Below are positions 9,350 to 18,931 of a stretch of DNA of 64,000 nucleotides, piece by piece. Source of the DNA: a virus; IMG/VR virus record IMGVR_UViG_3300025732_000018, one strand, 5' to 3'. The notes beneath the pieces were generated by a model that saw nothing but the letters and a program-made list of their open reading frames with translations, was not told the DNA's origin and searched no databases. A program made the position numbers and the translations under genes. How positions within the stretch are numbered: the first letter of the stretch is position 1; every line of letters starts with the position of its first letter.

Positions 9350-11062
9350 ATGATCTTATTTAAGAAGATAAGGTGGAAGAACTTTCTTTCCACCGGAAAC
9401 ACGTTTACTGAGGTTGACTTTAACGCGTCTAACCTCACTCTCATAGTTGGAGACAACGGGGCAGGGAAGTCGACCATCCTCGACGCTCTCTGCTTCTCGC
9501 TGTTTAACAAGCCGTTCAGAAAGATCAACAAGCCTCAGCTGATAAACACAATCAACGGTAAAGACGCCGTAGTCGAGATCGAGTTCTCCGTAGGAAAGAA
9601 GAACTACAAGATTGTGCGCGGCTTGAAGCCGAACACTTTTGAGATCTATCTAGACGGAGCTATGGTCAATCAGGACGCAGACAAGCGCGACTATCAAGAC
9701 GTGCTTGAGAAGCAGATCTTGAAGCTTAACTTCAAGTCTTTCTGTCAGGTAGTGATCCTAGGATCGGCGTCGTTCGTTCCGTTCATGCAGCTTCCGACCG
9801 GCTCTAGACGAGAGATCATCGAGGACCTTCTCGACCTTCAGATATTCTCTCAGATGAACTCGGTGCTCAAGAAGAAGATAACTGAGAACAACGAGAAGAT
9901 CATCAGACAAGACTCTAGCAAGGACGGTCTCGAGCGCCTTATCGATGTCTCTAAGGAGCACATCAAGAAGATGCAAGAGAGCAACGAGAAGCTAGTGCAA
10001 GAGAAGTTGGATAGAATAGAGCAGACAGACAAAGAGATACAGAAGTACTCGTCGATCTACCATGACGTCGAAGAAGAGATCCAGTCTCTAGAGGTCGGAC
10101 TTGACGAGGAGTACTCTCTATCAAAGAAAGCCAGCAAGCTGGAGTCGCTCAGACACCAGATAGAAGCACGTGTAAAGATCATCAGCGGTGACCTCGAGTT
10201 CTTTACTAACAACGATGAGTGTCCAACCTGCAAGCAGCTCATCCTAGAGACACACAAGGCTGCCATGGTCGGGGAGAAGAGCGAGAAGCTAGTTGAGCTC
10301 AACGACGGTATCTCTAAGCTCGCTCTTGAGTACGACGAGACCAAGAAGCGCTTCGAAGAAGTTCTTAAGGTGAAGACCGCAGTCAACTCCAAGAAGATGG
10401 AGCTTCACAAGCATATGACGCAGGTTAACTCTCTCTTGAACTACAAGGAGATGCTCGAGAGGGAGATAAAGCAGACCGCGTCAGCCGACAACGTAGAGGA
10501 CGAGCTCAAGAAGATTGAGCAGCTACAGTCTGATCTTGACGAGGCGGTCAGAGCTTATAACGAGCTGGTAGAGGACGGTAAGGTATTCAACGTGGCGGCT
10601 GCGCTGATGCGAGACGACGGTATCAAGGCCAGGATCATTCGTCAGTACGTACCGATAATAAATAAGTTCATCAATAAGTATTTAGCTGCTATGGACTTCT
10701 TCGTCAACTTTGAATTGGATGAGAACTTCAATGAGACTATCAAGTCACGCTTTAGAGACGAGTTCTCTTACGCATCTTTCTCTGAGGGCGAGAAGATGCG
10801 CATTAATCTGGCTATCCTCTTTACATGGCGCGCGATCAGTAAGCTTCGAAACAGCGCTTCTACTAACCTTCTTATTATGGATGAAGTACTCGACGGCTCT
10901 CTTGACAGCAATGGCACGGATGAGTTTCTAAAGATCTTAGCCGGTCTAGTGACAGACACTAACACCTACGTCATCAGTCATAAGACCGACCAGCTCTACG
11001 ATAAGTTTACTAATGTCTTAAAGTTTGAGAAGCATAAGAACTTCTCGAGGATTGCCACGTGA
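9350..11062 (+). CDS. gp46: recombination ATPase subunit (gp46, Rad50/SbcC-like)
   Basis: GDNGAGKST, CPTC hook, FSEGEKMRI, MDEVLD. Confidence 0.96.
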   Translation: MILFKKIRWKNFLSTGNTFTEVDFNASNLTLIVGDNGAGKSTILDALCFSLFNKPFRKINKPQLINTINGKDAVVEIEFSVGKKNYKIVRGLKPNTFEIYLDGAMVNQDADKRDYQDVLEKQILKLNFKSFCQVVILGSASFVPFMQLPTGSRREIIEDLLDLQIFSQMNSVLKKKITENNEKIIRQDSSKDGLERLIDVSKEHIKKMQESNEKLVQEKLDRIEQTDKEIQKYSSIYHDVEEEIQSLEVGLDEEYSLSKKASKLESLRHQIEARVKIISGDLEFFTNNDECPTCKQLILETHKAAMVGEKSEKLVELNDGISKLALEYDETKKRFEEVLKVKTAVNSKKMELHKHMTQVNSLLNYKEMLEREIKQTASADNVEDELKKIEQLQSDLDEAVRAYNELVEDGKVFNVAAALMRDDGIKARIIRQYVPIINKFINKYLAAMDFFVNFELDENFNETIKSRFRDEFSYASFSEGEKMRINLAILFTWRAISKLRNSASTNLLIMDEVLDGSLDSNGTDEFLKILAGLVTDTNTYVISHKTDQLYDKFTNVLKFEKHKNFSRIAT

Positions 11063-12138
11063 GTGAAGAACCTGGACTAGTTCTATTTACTAGTAAGAAG
11101 CTCAATATAACTGACATAGGACTTCCTCTATGGATACCTCGCAAGTATCCGTGGGAGAGAAGTGTCAATAGAATAAACCATGAACTCGGTAAGATCACCG
11201 ACGCGTTCAACTACACAATATCTTGTGAGACTATAGAAGAGATCCTTAGGGACGAGCCTCAGAACAACAAGACTTTCGAGGAGCAAGCGTTCTCTACAGC
11301 CCTTGACATCAAGAGAAAGACGGGAGACTCTAGGGTCTATCTCATGTACAGTGGAGGCATAGACAGCACTTCTGCTCTAGTGTCTTTCATGGAGACGTGG
11401 GGCGACGACCTAGAGAGACTTCACATAGCGATGTCGTATAGGTCGATCGACGAGTTTCCAGAGATGTGGCCTCTCATAAACTCTAAGTTCAAGGGAAGAA
11501 TACATAACTCCTTAGCTGACACTGAGGAGTACTACAAGAGAGGATACGTCGTGACTGGAGAGCATGGAGACCAGATCTTTGGGAGCGACGTATTGTTTAA
11601 GGTGGTCGATACTTACGGAGAAGCCGGTATCCACATGAAGTGGAAGAATAACATAGACATGGTGTATCGTCGTATGTTTGGGATCCCATTTGCTCCGCAC
11701 ATATCCGACTTCATCGACAGACACTGCCAAGGAATAAAGCACTCTCCAGTTCCTATAAGATCGTGCTACGACTGGGTTTGGTGGTTTAACTTTGTAAACA
11801 AGTGGCAGTTCGTCAAATATAGACTTCTTGCTACTAAGCAACACAGCGATGCTAAGTTACACTTTAGCAAGATCATAAACTTCTATGATACACCATCTTG
11901 GCAGAGGTGGAGTATGGACAACCATCACCTTAAGATCAAGGGTACGATGTTGTCTTATAAATATGCAGCGAAGAAGTTTATTGTAGACAAGACTGGCTTC
12001 ATAGACTACATTAATAAGCCTAAGGTCGGAAGCCTTCAGTACGTCAAGTCTAACTTTATGTCTCCAGACGGCATAGATACTAATCTAGATATAATGCCTC
12101 TTGAGAGATGCTTGGAGTTCGTTAACAATGATCAATGA
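11059..12138 (+). CDS. asparagine-synthetase-like PP-loop ATP pyrophosphatase (paralog A)
   Basis: YSGGIDS PP-loop and VTGEHGDQIFG (cf. SGEGADELFG); no glutaminase domain. Confidence 0.75.
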   Translation: MSEEPGLVLFTSKKLNITDIGLPLWIPRKYPWERSVNRINHELGKITDAFNYTISCETIEEILRDEPQNNKTFEEQAFSTALDIKRKTGDSRVYLMYSGGIDSTSALVSFMETWGDDLERLHIAMSYRSIDEFPEMWPLINSKFKGRIHNSLADTEEYYKRGYVVTGEHGDQIFGSDVLFKVVDTYGEAGIHMKWKNNIDMVYRRMFGIPFAPHISDFIDRHCQGIKHSPVPIRSCYDWVWWFNFVNKWQFVKYRLLATKQHSDAKLHFSKIINFYDTPSWQRWSMDNHHLKIKGTMLSYKYAAKKFIVDKTGFIDYINKPKVGSLQYVKSNFMSPDGIDTNLDIMPLERCLEFVNNDQ

Positions 12139-12712
12139 GTATGTGGTCTACGTTGGGCATGACAATAGAATAGTTCACGCCGCGCACAACACTTCTATCT
12201 ATGTTCCAATAGTATACGAGAAGATTCTGTACTACTACATGGACTCTTTACCTCCCACAATGGACATATACGACTACTCCGTCATAAAGAAAGACGGAAA
12301 GAACACCTATATGAAGAGACTCGACATTACTGATCATATTCTAAAGGTGACTGAGAGTCAGAGAAACATAATTCGTATACTTGAAGACATGAATGACTTC
12401 TCTCGCTTCTACATGAGGGCGTACGAGACTAACTACGTGTCAAGGTACATGAACTTCTTTCTCTATGAAGAGATAGATGAGTATAAGAAGACTGGAGTAG
12501 TAGGTCCAATCTTAACATCGCTTAAAGACATTGATGACAGTTATAGCATTGACGATGTCGTAGATCGTGAGTCGATGAAGAGACAAGACGTGAAAAACAT
12601 GTTATCTTATCTTAACTCTGTAGAAGCTAAGGTACGAAAACTAATTAAGAAAGAAAAGTATGATGAGGCCTCGTTCTTCATCACCAAGGAGAGAGGTAAG
12701 ACGAGATGGTAA
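12128..12712 (+). CDS. hypothetical protein (paralog B)
   Basis: Start MINEYVV overlaps the previous stop; C-terminal half resembles the next ORF. Confidence 0.7.
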   Translation: MINEYVVYVGHDNRIVHAAHNTSIYVPIVYEKILYYYMDSLPPTMDIYDYSVIKKDGKNTYMKRLDITDHILKVTESQRNIIRILEDMNDFSRFYMRAYETNYVSRYMNFFLYEEIDEYKKTGVVGPILTSLKDIDDSYSIDDVVDRESMKRQDVKNMLSYLNSVEAKVRKLIKKEKYDEASFFITKERGKTRW

Positions 12713-13323
12713 GTGAATCGGACTCTTTCTATGGTGTGTTGATATACGCAGATACCGGCTCAAAGAAAAGAATCATTCGCGTAGTTCCTATGGAATATAG
12801 GAAAGCCAAGGTCTTAATGACCGGTGTGGCGACATACGTCTATCTTGGTGAGATAAGTCGCGACTGCATGGAGAACCCAAGTTACTACACCTATGACGTG
12901 CGAGAAGGATTGAAGTACGTAGGAGGTCCAATAGATGAGACGACCGAACAGAGACTGGTGTTGAAGAAGATCATGATTAGCTATCTAGAGAAGCTTGAGA
13001 ACGTCAAGCACATGTATAAAAGCGCGTTCATACGACCGATCATCGATGAGGACATTTACGACGCCCTCATCATATACGACGTCGGAGAGTACGAGAAGAG
13101 TGGTAAGATAAGCCCTCTCCTCCAGTCAATGTACAAGGAGAACAAAAAGTTCACCAACATGGACGTATACGTCGGCTTCATAAAGCAGCGCTATGAGGAT
13201 CTGAACTACCAGATGGCGTATCTCTATAAGTTTGAGAGAACGGTAAAAAAGCTTATCAAGAAGAAGAAGTTCTCTCTCGCTAACCAGCTATTGAACGCAG
13301 AGTTCGAGAAAAGAATGCTCTGA
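12706..13323 (+). CDS. hypothetical protein (paralog B')
   Basis: EYEKSGKISPLLQSM...VKKLIKKKKF aligns with EYKKTGVVGPILTSL...VRKLIKKEKY of B. Confidence 0.7.
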   Translation: MVSESDSFYGVLIYADTGSKKRIIRVVPMEYRKAKVLMTGVATYVYLGEISRDCMENPSYYTYDVREGLKYVGGPIDETTEQRLVLKKIMISYLEKLENVKHMYKSAFIRPIIDEDIYDALIIYDVGEYEKSGKISPLLQSMYKENKKFTNMDVYVGFIKQRYEDLNYQMAYLYKFERTVKKLIKKKKFSLANQLLNAEFEKRML

Positions 13324-14360
13324 TGGGGATCATCCTCTACACTTATCCGTTCAAAGATAAGACTCTCAGGTTCGAGAGACCATGGTGTCCTACCGTGTAT
13401 CCGTACACGCAGTCAGTGAACCGCGTCCGAACTGGTCTAGATCCGTTCGAGTACACTAACCTGTGCGAGAGCATAGTAGAGATCAAGAGCCTACCCCAGT
13501 CGAAGAAGACGTTCTCAGAGATGTGCTTTGAGACAGCCGACCGCTTAAACAAGACCATTGACAAAAAAATGTACTTGTACTATAGTGGTGGAATGGACAG
13601 CGCCGCTGCTCTTCTTTCATTTAGAAAGATGATGTCAAAACAAGACCTTGAGAAGCTCTATATCGTGGCTTCTCACCATAGCATGCTAGAGTTTCCAGAG
13701 TTGTGGACTGAGATACACTATCAGTTTGCTGGTAGGATCATCAGTTCGTATGCTAATATGGAAGACTTGGCGACCGATGGTGTAGTTATAACGGGTCAAC
13801 ACGCAGACCATCTTCTTGGGTCCGATAACATCAGGAGAGTGTATAACACGCACGGAAACGAAGGAATAACTATGCCGTGGAGAGACGCGATGCTCCCCAT
13901 ATATACGGCTCAGTTCGGTGCAGAGACCGCTAGAAATTTCATTGATGTGTACGGAGAGACTACGTGTGAGTGCCCTTTCCCGATAGTCACTGCATTTGAC
14001 TGGGTGTGGTGGTTCGGCTTCACTAATAAGTGGCAGCATGCCAGATACAAGTTTCTAGGTTATAAGCCATGGAAGAATCCAAAGAAAACATATAAGAACG
14101 TCGTTCACTTCTTTGACACACCAGAGTGGCAGAAGTGGAGCCTGGACAATCACGACTTGAAAGTAGTGACTAACATAAAAGACTACAAGCACACGATACG
14201 CTCTTTTGTAATAGACGAGAGTGGTCATAAGTCATACGTAAAAAAGAAGAAAGAATCTAGTCTTAGAATGCTCTGGTATAACAAAGAGTTTTGCTATGGT
14301 GTGGCAGATGACTTTAGCGAGCTTACCAAGTATCAAAGCCTAGAGTTCATAGGTAGGTGA
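13323..14360 (+). CDS. asparagine-synthetase-like PP-loop ATP pyrophosphatase (paralog A')
   Basis: YSGGMDS, ITGQHADHLLGSD, DWVWWF-F-NKWQ and DTP-WQ-WS-DNH shared with paralog A. Confidence 0.75.
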   Translation: MGIILYTYPFKDKTLRFERPWCPTVYPYTQSVNRVRTGLDPFEYTNLCESIVEIKSLPQSKKTFSEMCFETADRLNKTIDKKMYLYYSGGMDSAAALLSFRKMMSKQDLEKLYIVASHHSMLEFPELWTEIHYQFAGRIISSYANMEDLATDGVVITGQHADHLLGSDNIRRVYNTHGNEGITMPWRDAMLPIYTAQFGAETARNFIDVYGETTCECPFPIVTAFDWVWWFGFTNKWQHARYKFLGYKPWKNPKKTYKNVVHFFDTPEWQKWSLDNHDLKVVTNIKDYKHTIRSFVIDESGHKSYVKKKKESSLRMLWYNKEFCYGVADDFSELTKYQSLEFIGR

Positions 14361-14364
14361 AAAG

Positions 14365-15042
14365 ATGATTATTAAAACCGGAAAGACAAACGAGAGAATC
14401 GACCTTACGCATACCATGTACCCATGTGTGGCCTATATGGTTCGCGGTGAACTTCAGTCGTTCGAGCATAAGCACTCGACCGTCTACGGGTTTACGACTA
14501 AAGGTGCGAGGATATGCCTCACTGATGAGAGTCGTGACTTCGAAGAGATCGTACTTAAGAAGAATAGTTACTTCTGTATTCCAGTTCGTGGAAACGACGT
14601 GACTATCGAGAGCGACGAGTGCTTCGCTGTGTTTAAGCTAGGCTTCAATGGAATGGAGGCGTACGGTCGCCACCGGGACGAGCTAGGTCGTCTGTCTTAC
14701 ATCGACGGATGCTCTGACTCGCTTCTAGCGTTTCCACCTCGTCTTGGAGACCCGTCACTCAACTACCTCTACTTTCCACCGGGCATCGACCAGTCGTTCC
14801 ATACTCATCCGAGCATCCGAATCGGCTGTGTCATTCAGGGTTCTGGTAAGTCGAGTCTTCGTGACAAAGAGATCGACCTGGTTCCAGGAGTCATGTTTGC
14901 TCTTGAAGAGAAAGAGCTTCATCGGTTCAGAACTTCTGCCTCTGGAGATGTCATGAAGATCATAGCTTTCCATCCAGATGGAGACTGGGGTCCTACAGAT
15001 GAAAACCACACTATGCTTAACAGGACTTATATAGCGAAGTAA
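14365..15042 (+). CDS. cupin-domain protein
   Basis: HTHPSIRIG-VIQG-G ... LHRF ... FHPD metal-binding cupin pattern. Confidence 0.75.
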   Translation: MIIKTGKTNERIDLTHTMYPCVAYMVRGELQSFEHKHSTVYGFTTKGARICLTDESRDFEEIVLKKNSYFCIPVRGNDVTIESDECFAVFKLGFNGMEAYGRHRDELGRLSYIDGCSDSLLAFPPRLGDPSLNYLYFPPGIDQSFHTHPSIRIGCVIQGSGKSSLRDKEIDLVPGVMFALEEKELHRFRTSASGDVMKIIAFHPDGDWGPTDENHTMLNRTYIAK

Positions 15043-15233
15043 TGAGCATGTTTAAGGTATTGAACTACTTATACTATTCTAACATAAACATCAGTATCAA
15101 CTTGAACCCGGTCTTCTGGAAGCTTCGGGCCTTCTATGACCGTCCGAATGAGATAGATCCGGGATGTCACTTTTTCTGTTTACAAATATTGCCAATCCGT
15201 ATATCATTGATTATAGACAATGGTGACTACTAA
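15042..15233 (+). CDS. hypothetical protein
   Basis: 63 aa coupled ORF. Confidence 0.55.
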   Translation: MSMFKVLNYLYYSNINISINLNPVFWKLRAFYDRPNEIDPGCHFFCLQILPIRISLIIDNGDY

Positions 15234-15241
15234 GGTGATAT

Positions 15242-15778
15242 ATGAACATATTCTATGTAGACGAGGACCCGGTCAAGGCAGCTCAGGCCCTCGTCGATAA
15301 GCACGTCGTCAAGATGATTCTTGAGTCGGCTCAGCTTCTATCCACTGCTCACCGAGTTTTGGACGGAGTCGAGTCGACTGCTCTGTCTAAGACCGGTCGC
15401 AAGAAAAAAGTATGGGCCCTCGGTGACAGCCGAGACTCTATCCTGTATCAAGCTACACACATCAACCATCCTTCAGCTGTATGGTGTCGCTACTCAGTCG
15501 AGAACTATCTCTGGCTGGTCGAGCACTTCTACGCTCTTCTTGACGAGTATACCTACCGCTACGGCAAGCGTCACAAGTGCTACGACTTAGCCTACACGCT
15601 TCAGTCGCCTCCGCACAACATGCGCCTGCACGAGGGTAGTCCCATGCCTTCAGCTATGGCTGACGAGTACAAGGTCGGATCAGACCCGTTGACAAATTAT
15701 CGTAACTATTATAAGTTTGGTAAATCATCCATGCATAAGTGGACCAAGCGACAACCTCCGGAGTGGATTGCAGCATGA
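15242..15778 (+). CDS. pyrimidine dimer DNA glycosylase-like protein (DenV family)
   Basis: MNIFY-D-DP--AA----DKHVVKMILESAQLLSTAH, THINHPS-VW. Confidence 0.8.
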   Translation: MNIFYVDEDPVKAAQALVDKHVVKMILESAQLLSTAHRVLDGVESTALSKTGRKKKVWALGDSRDSILYQATHINHPSAVWCRYSVENYLWLVEHFYALLDEYTYRYGKRHKCYDLAYTLQSPPHNMRLHEGSPMPSAMADEYKVGSDPLTNYRNYYKFGKSSMHKWTKRQPPEWIAA

Positions 15779-16011
15779 AGAAGAGCAAGGACTATCTCGA
15801 GGGGTTCTATGACGGGTTTATGGCTGCACGCGTAAGCGGAGTTGTAACTCCTCAGCCGCCTACAGTAGACACTAAATGCCACGTATGTGGAATGGACTTT
15901 GCCAATAAGGTCTGGGGATATGTCTGTAATCATAATCAATGTCCAAGCAAGATGTCTTGGGCTGCTCGAGCAGCAACAGCAACTATGATGGGAAATAATA
16001 ATGAGTCGTGA
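15775..16011 (+). CDS. small Cys-containing hypothetical protein
   Basis: MKKSKDYLEG start overlaps the previous stop; CHVC...CNHNQCP. Confidence 0.6.
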   Translation: MKKSKDYLEGFYDGFMAARVSGVVTPQPPTVDTKCHVCGMDFANKVWGYVCNHNQCPSKMSWAARAATATMMGNNNES

Positions 16012-16405
16012 CTGGGTAAAAGATATTTGGAGAATGCACAAACACTACGGCGTACATCCCGTAGTCGAGAGCATGGACGCAGACACTCTCAAGAAGTTTC
16101 TTGAGTTTCGCGTTAACTTCCTTCAGGAAGAGCTGGACGAGCTAAAGGCTAACAAGGATAACCCTGAAGAGATCGTCGACGCCCTCATCGACCTATGCGT
16201 CGTAGCCATCGGTACCCTCGACGGCTTTGCAGTTGACTCACACGCGGCTTGGGACGCAGTTCTCGAGGCTAACATGAACAAGACTCCGGGCGTGAAGGCC
16301 ACCCGTCCTAACCCCCTCGGTCTTCCAGACCTCATCAAGCCTGAAGGCTGGACAGCACCTAGCCACGCCGGCAATCACGGACTCTTAACTAAGATGGTTG
16401 AATAA
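16001..16405 (+). CDS. MazG/PRA-PH-like nucleotide pyrophosphohydrolase
   Basis: FLQEELDE...EIVDALIDL...V--ANM-K...KPEGW. Confidence 0.85.
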   Translation: MSRDWVKDIWRMHKHYGVHPVVESMDADTLKKFLEFRVNFLQEELDELKANKDNPEEIVDALIDLCVVAIGTLDGFAVDSHAAWDAVLEANMNKTPGVKATRPNPLGLPDLIKPEGWTAPSHAGNHGLLTKMVE

Positions 16406-16417
16406 GGAGAGAAAACC

Positions 16418-16993
16418 ATGTTAGACTTCAGCGGTGAAGTCATTGCAACTTTGTCAAGCTTAAATAAAGTTGTCGATATGAGAGAGCATAAGGCCGACCT
16501 AGACATGATGGTCGCGACTAACTGGAAGCGCGAGATGCTACGTAAAGGCCCCAGGTCTTACGACGTAGTTAAAAGAAATACGGCTACCGGTCTAGGTGCC
16601 GAGATTGCAGTTCAATCAACTGGCTTCTTCAAGCAATCTTCACCTATCACCGAAGACGCCAAAGATCTCACTTTCGCTCAGAGAAAGACCGACGTGATTT
16701 GCGAGGGTAAGAACGGCGAGGTTAAGACTATGAATGCTAAGTACCCTTACTGGTACATTAGCAACGGTCAAGTCGAGTCAGTCAACTACTCAACTCGCTT
16801 CAACCAGTTCTTTCTGATCGTGGCCTACGAGGAGGTCCAACCGCTGAAGTACCGCTATCGCCCGCGTTATCTAGTTGACAGCAATAAGCTTTCAGGATAT
16901 ATTGTAAAGAATAACACTGGGTACAGCCCGTATCGCTTTGACCACGTGCGGGCCATCAAGAACGGCGACTGCATCGACCTATGGAGCAACTAA
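16418..16993 (+). CDS. DenB (endonuclease IV)-like nuclease
   Basis: GLGAEIAV...TDV...GEVKT...WYIS pattern, collinear with my recollection of T4 DenB (YAEFFV...WDV...VEVKT...WISV). Confidence 0.6.
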   Translation: MLDFSGEVIATLSSLNKVVDMREHKADLDMMVATNWKREMLRKGPRSYDVVKRNTATGLGAEIAVQSTGFFKQSSPITEDAKDLTFAQRKTDVICEGKNGEVKTMNAKYPYWYISNGQVESVNYSTRFNQFFLIVAYEEVQPLKYRYRPRYLVDSNKLSGYIVKNNTGYSPYRFDHVRAIKNGDCIDLWSN

Positions 16994-17460
16994 TGTTTAC
17001 AATTCAACCGAATCATGAACGCGAGTCTGTCAAGGTACTCCGCGAGTGCATCGACCTGCAGCTCAAGAAGTCTCAAGACTACCAGAACCCGAACTCTAAC
17101 GTAGTTCAGGCCATGCACTATCGTCGCGGCATCGACTCGATCCATGACATCCTTCAAGGCAAGCTCTATCGAGCCCAGTCACTAATCGAGTCTGGTCGTG
17201 CTGACTCTGCTAACTTCGAGTCCCTTGAAGATACCTACAAGGATCTTATCAACTACGCCTCGTTCGCAGTCGCGTGGCTTCGCTACGGCGTTCCCGGCCA
17301 AGACAAAGAGCGCGACATCTTCAATCGAAAGAAGTCGACCTACAGCATCAATAGTCAGATCACTGACTCTGTAACTCAGTCTGGTACTTATCGCCCTGCT
17401 GACAATACGGTTAAGTTCAATCATGAGACCGGGGCTTATACCATCAACATGGGCTCGTAA
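16993..17460 (+). CDS. nucleotide-modification-associated MazG-like protein (DUF1599/Nmad1-like)
   Basis: LQLKKSQDY...KLYR...ESLEDTYKDLINYA. Confidence 0.7.
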   Translation: MFTIQPNHERESVKVLRECIDLQLKKSQDYQNPNSNVVQAMHYRRGIDSIHDILQGKLYRAQSLIESGRADSANFESLEDTYKDLINYASFAVAWLRYGVPGQDKERDIFNRKKSTYSINSQITDSVTQSGTYRPADNTVKFNHETGAYTINMGS

Positions 17461-17462
17461 GT

Positions 17463-18158
17463 ATGACCCTTTCCATTCAGCGCATCCGTTCTATCTTCCG
17501 GTTCATGCACGAGTCAGAAGACTACGTTATTGATAAGACTGGCGCTAAGATGATCGAGATCGTCAACGCTAGTTTCATCGCTGATGAAACTTCTATCTTT
17601 GGCACTGTCAATGAGAACTACGTCCAGCGAGAGCTCGAGTGGTACCGATCTCTCTCGCGTAACGTCAATGACATTCCCGGTGGTCCTCCTACTATCTGGA
17701 AAGAGGTAGCTGACAGTCGCGGCTTCATCAACTCTAACTACGGTTGGTGTATCTGGTCTGATGCTAATGGTCGTCAGTACAATCGGGTTCTAGAAGAGCT
17801 TCGAAAGAACCCGTACTCACGGCGAGCGGTGATGATCTACACGCGTCCTAGCATGTGGAACGACTACAATAAGGACGGAATGTCCGACTTTATGTGCACC
17901 AACGCGGTTCAGTATCTCATCCGCAATGGTAAGCTCAATGCCGTCGTTCAGATGCGATCTAACGATGCTGTCTTTGGCTACAAGAATGACTATGCCTGGC
18001 AACAGTACGTGCTCTCTCATCTAGCTAGAGAGCTTGACGTCGAGCCCGGAACTATCTATTGGAACGCAGGGAGCTTGCACGTATATGAGCGACACTTCAA
18101 GCTGGTCGTGGACTCAGAAGTATCTAAATCTAGCGAAGCACATTTCCAGCTGGTCTAA
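17463..18158 (+). CDS. gp42: dCMP hydroxymethylase-like thymidylate synthase homolog (T4 gp42-like)
   Basis: RELEWY, INSNYGW, FMCTN, MRSNDAVFGYKND (Asp at the dCMP-specificity position), GSLHVY-RHF. Confidence 0.88.
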   Translation: MTLSIQRIRSIFRFMHESEDYVIDKTGAKMIEIVNASFIADETSIFGTVNENYVQRELEWYRSLSRNVNDIPGGPPTIWKEVADSRGFINSNYGWCIWSDANGRQYNRVLEELRKNPYSRRAVMIYTRPSMWNDYNKDGMSDFMCTNAVQYLIRNGKLNAVVQMRSNDAVFGYKNDYAWQQYVLSHLARELDVEPGTIYWNAGSLHVYERHFKLVVDSEVSKSSEAHFQLV

Positions 18159-18627
18159 GGATCCAAGCTCAAAGATAGGAGCAGTGGCTGTGGGTAACCA
18201 TGGCCAGATCCTGTCTCAAGGTTACAATGGGTTTCCTCGCGGCATCGAGGACTCGTCCGACCGTCTCTACAATCGAGAGAAGAAGTATAAGTATGTGGTT
18301 CATGCAGAGATGAACTGCATATATAATGCCACGCTGAATGGAATAAGTCTAAATAACGCTGACCTCTACGTTCATGGACTTCCGGTTTGCTCAGATTGTG
18401 CCAAAGGAGTCATTCAGGTCGGTGTGAAGCGTGTGTTTATCTGTCAGCCCACTGTGATAGCACCGAGCTGGCACGAGTCTTACATGCACACCGAGTCGAT
18501 GTTCGTAGAGGCCGGCGTTGAGGCAGTTTGTTATGACAATGAAGGCAATGTTCTCCATGACACGAAGCGAAAAGCGCGTACTGATAGTGGGAATCAACCC
18601 ATCTGGCTCGGACCCTACCCGAGTTAG
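18085..18627 (+). CDS. cd: dCMP deaminase
   Basis: SKDPSSKIGA, GYNGFPRG, HAEMN, PVCSDC. Confidence 0.92.
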   Translation: MSDTSSWSWTQKYLNLAKHISSWSKDPSSKIGAVAVGNHGQILSQGYNGFPRGIEDSSDRLYNREKKYKYVVHAEMNCIYNATLNGISLNNADLYVHGLPVCSDCAKGVIQVGVKRVFICQPTVIAPSWHESYMHTESMFVEAGVEAVCYDNEGNVLHDTKRKARTDSGNQPIWLGPYPS

Positions 18628-18931
18628 CCAGTCCATCAAGAGACTCTGTAAGTGGACTGAGTCTCTCGGCTTAACTTTCTTCTCTTTCGTAAACTGTATC
18701 TCGCGACCAGGACCCTACCGAGAGTCCGACGTCGACTACGAGATGCTGCAAGAGTGTGTGAAAGGCTATAAGAAAGTAATAGCTCTTGGAAACTTTCCGT
18801 CGATGGCTCTCTCGAAGATCGAAGTCGAGCACTTCATGCTGCCTCATCCGTCTGGGCTAAATAGAAAGTTAAATGACAAGTCTTACGAGACAAAGATTCT
18901 GGAGGAGTGCCGTGAGTACATCGAGGCTTAA
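18518..18931 (+). CDS. uracil-DNA-glycosylase-superfamily-like small protein
   Basis: VLIVGINPS ... VIALGN ... LPHPSGLNR; start uncertain. Confidence 0.65.
   Translation: MRQFVMTMKAMFSMTRSEKRVLIVGINPSGSDPTRVSQSIKRLCKWTESLGLTFFSFVNCISRPGPYRESDVDYEMLQECVKGYKKVIALGNFPSMALSKIEVEHFMLPHPSGLNRKLNDKSYETKILEECREYIEA

Noticed and set aside
11059-14360. Lasso peptide biosynthetic cluster
   Set aside because: No recognisable precursor peptide, transglutaminase-like protease or RRE nearby; only the synthetase fold is shared.
17463-18158. Annotation as ordinary thymidylate synthase ThyA
   Set aside because: It has the gp42-type FMCTN and FGYKND (Asp) motifs, and a ThyX is present at 55415.
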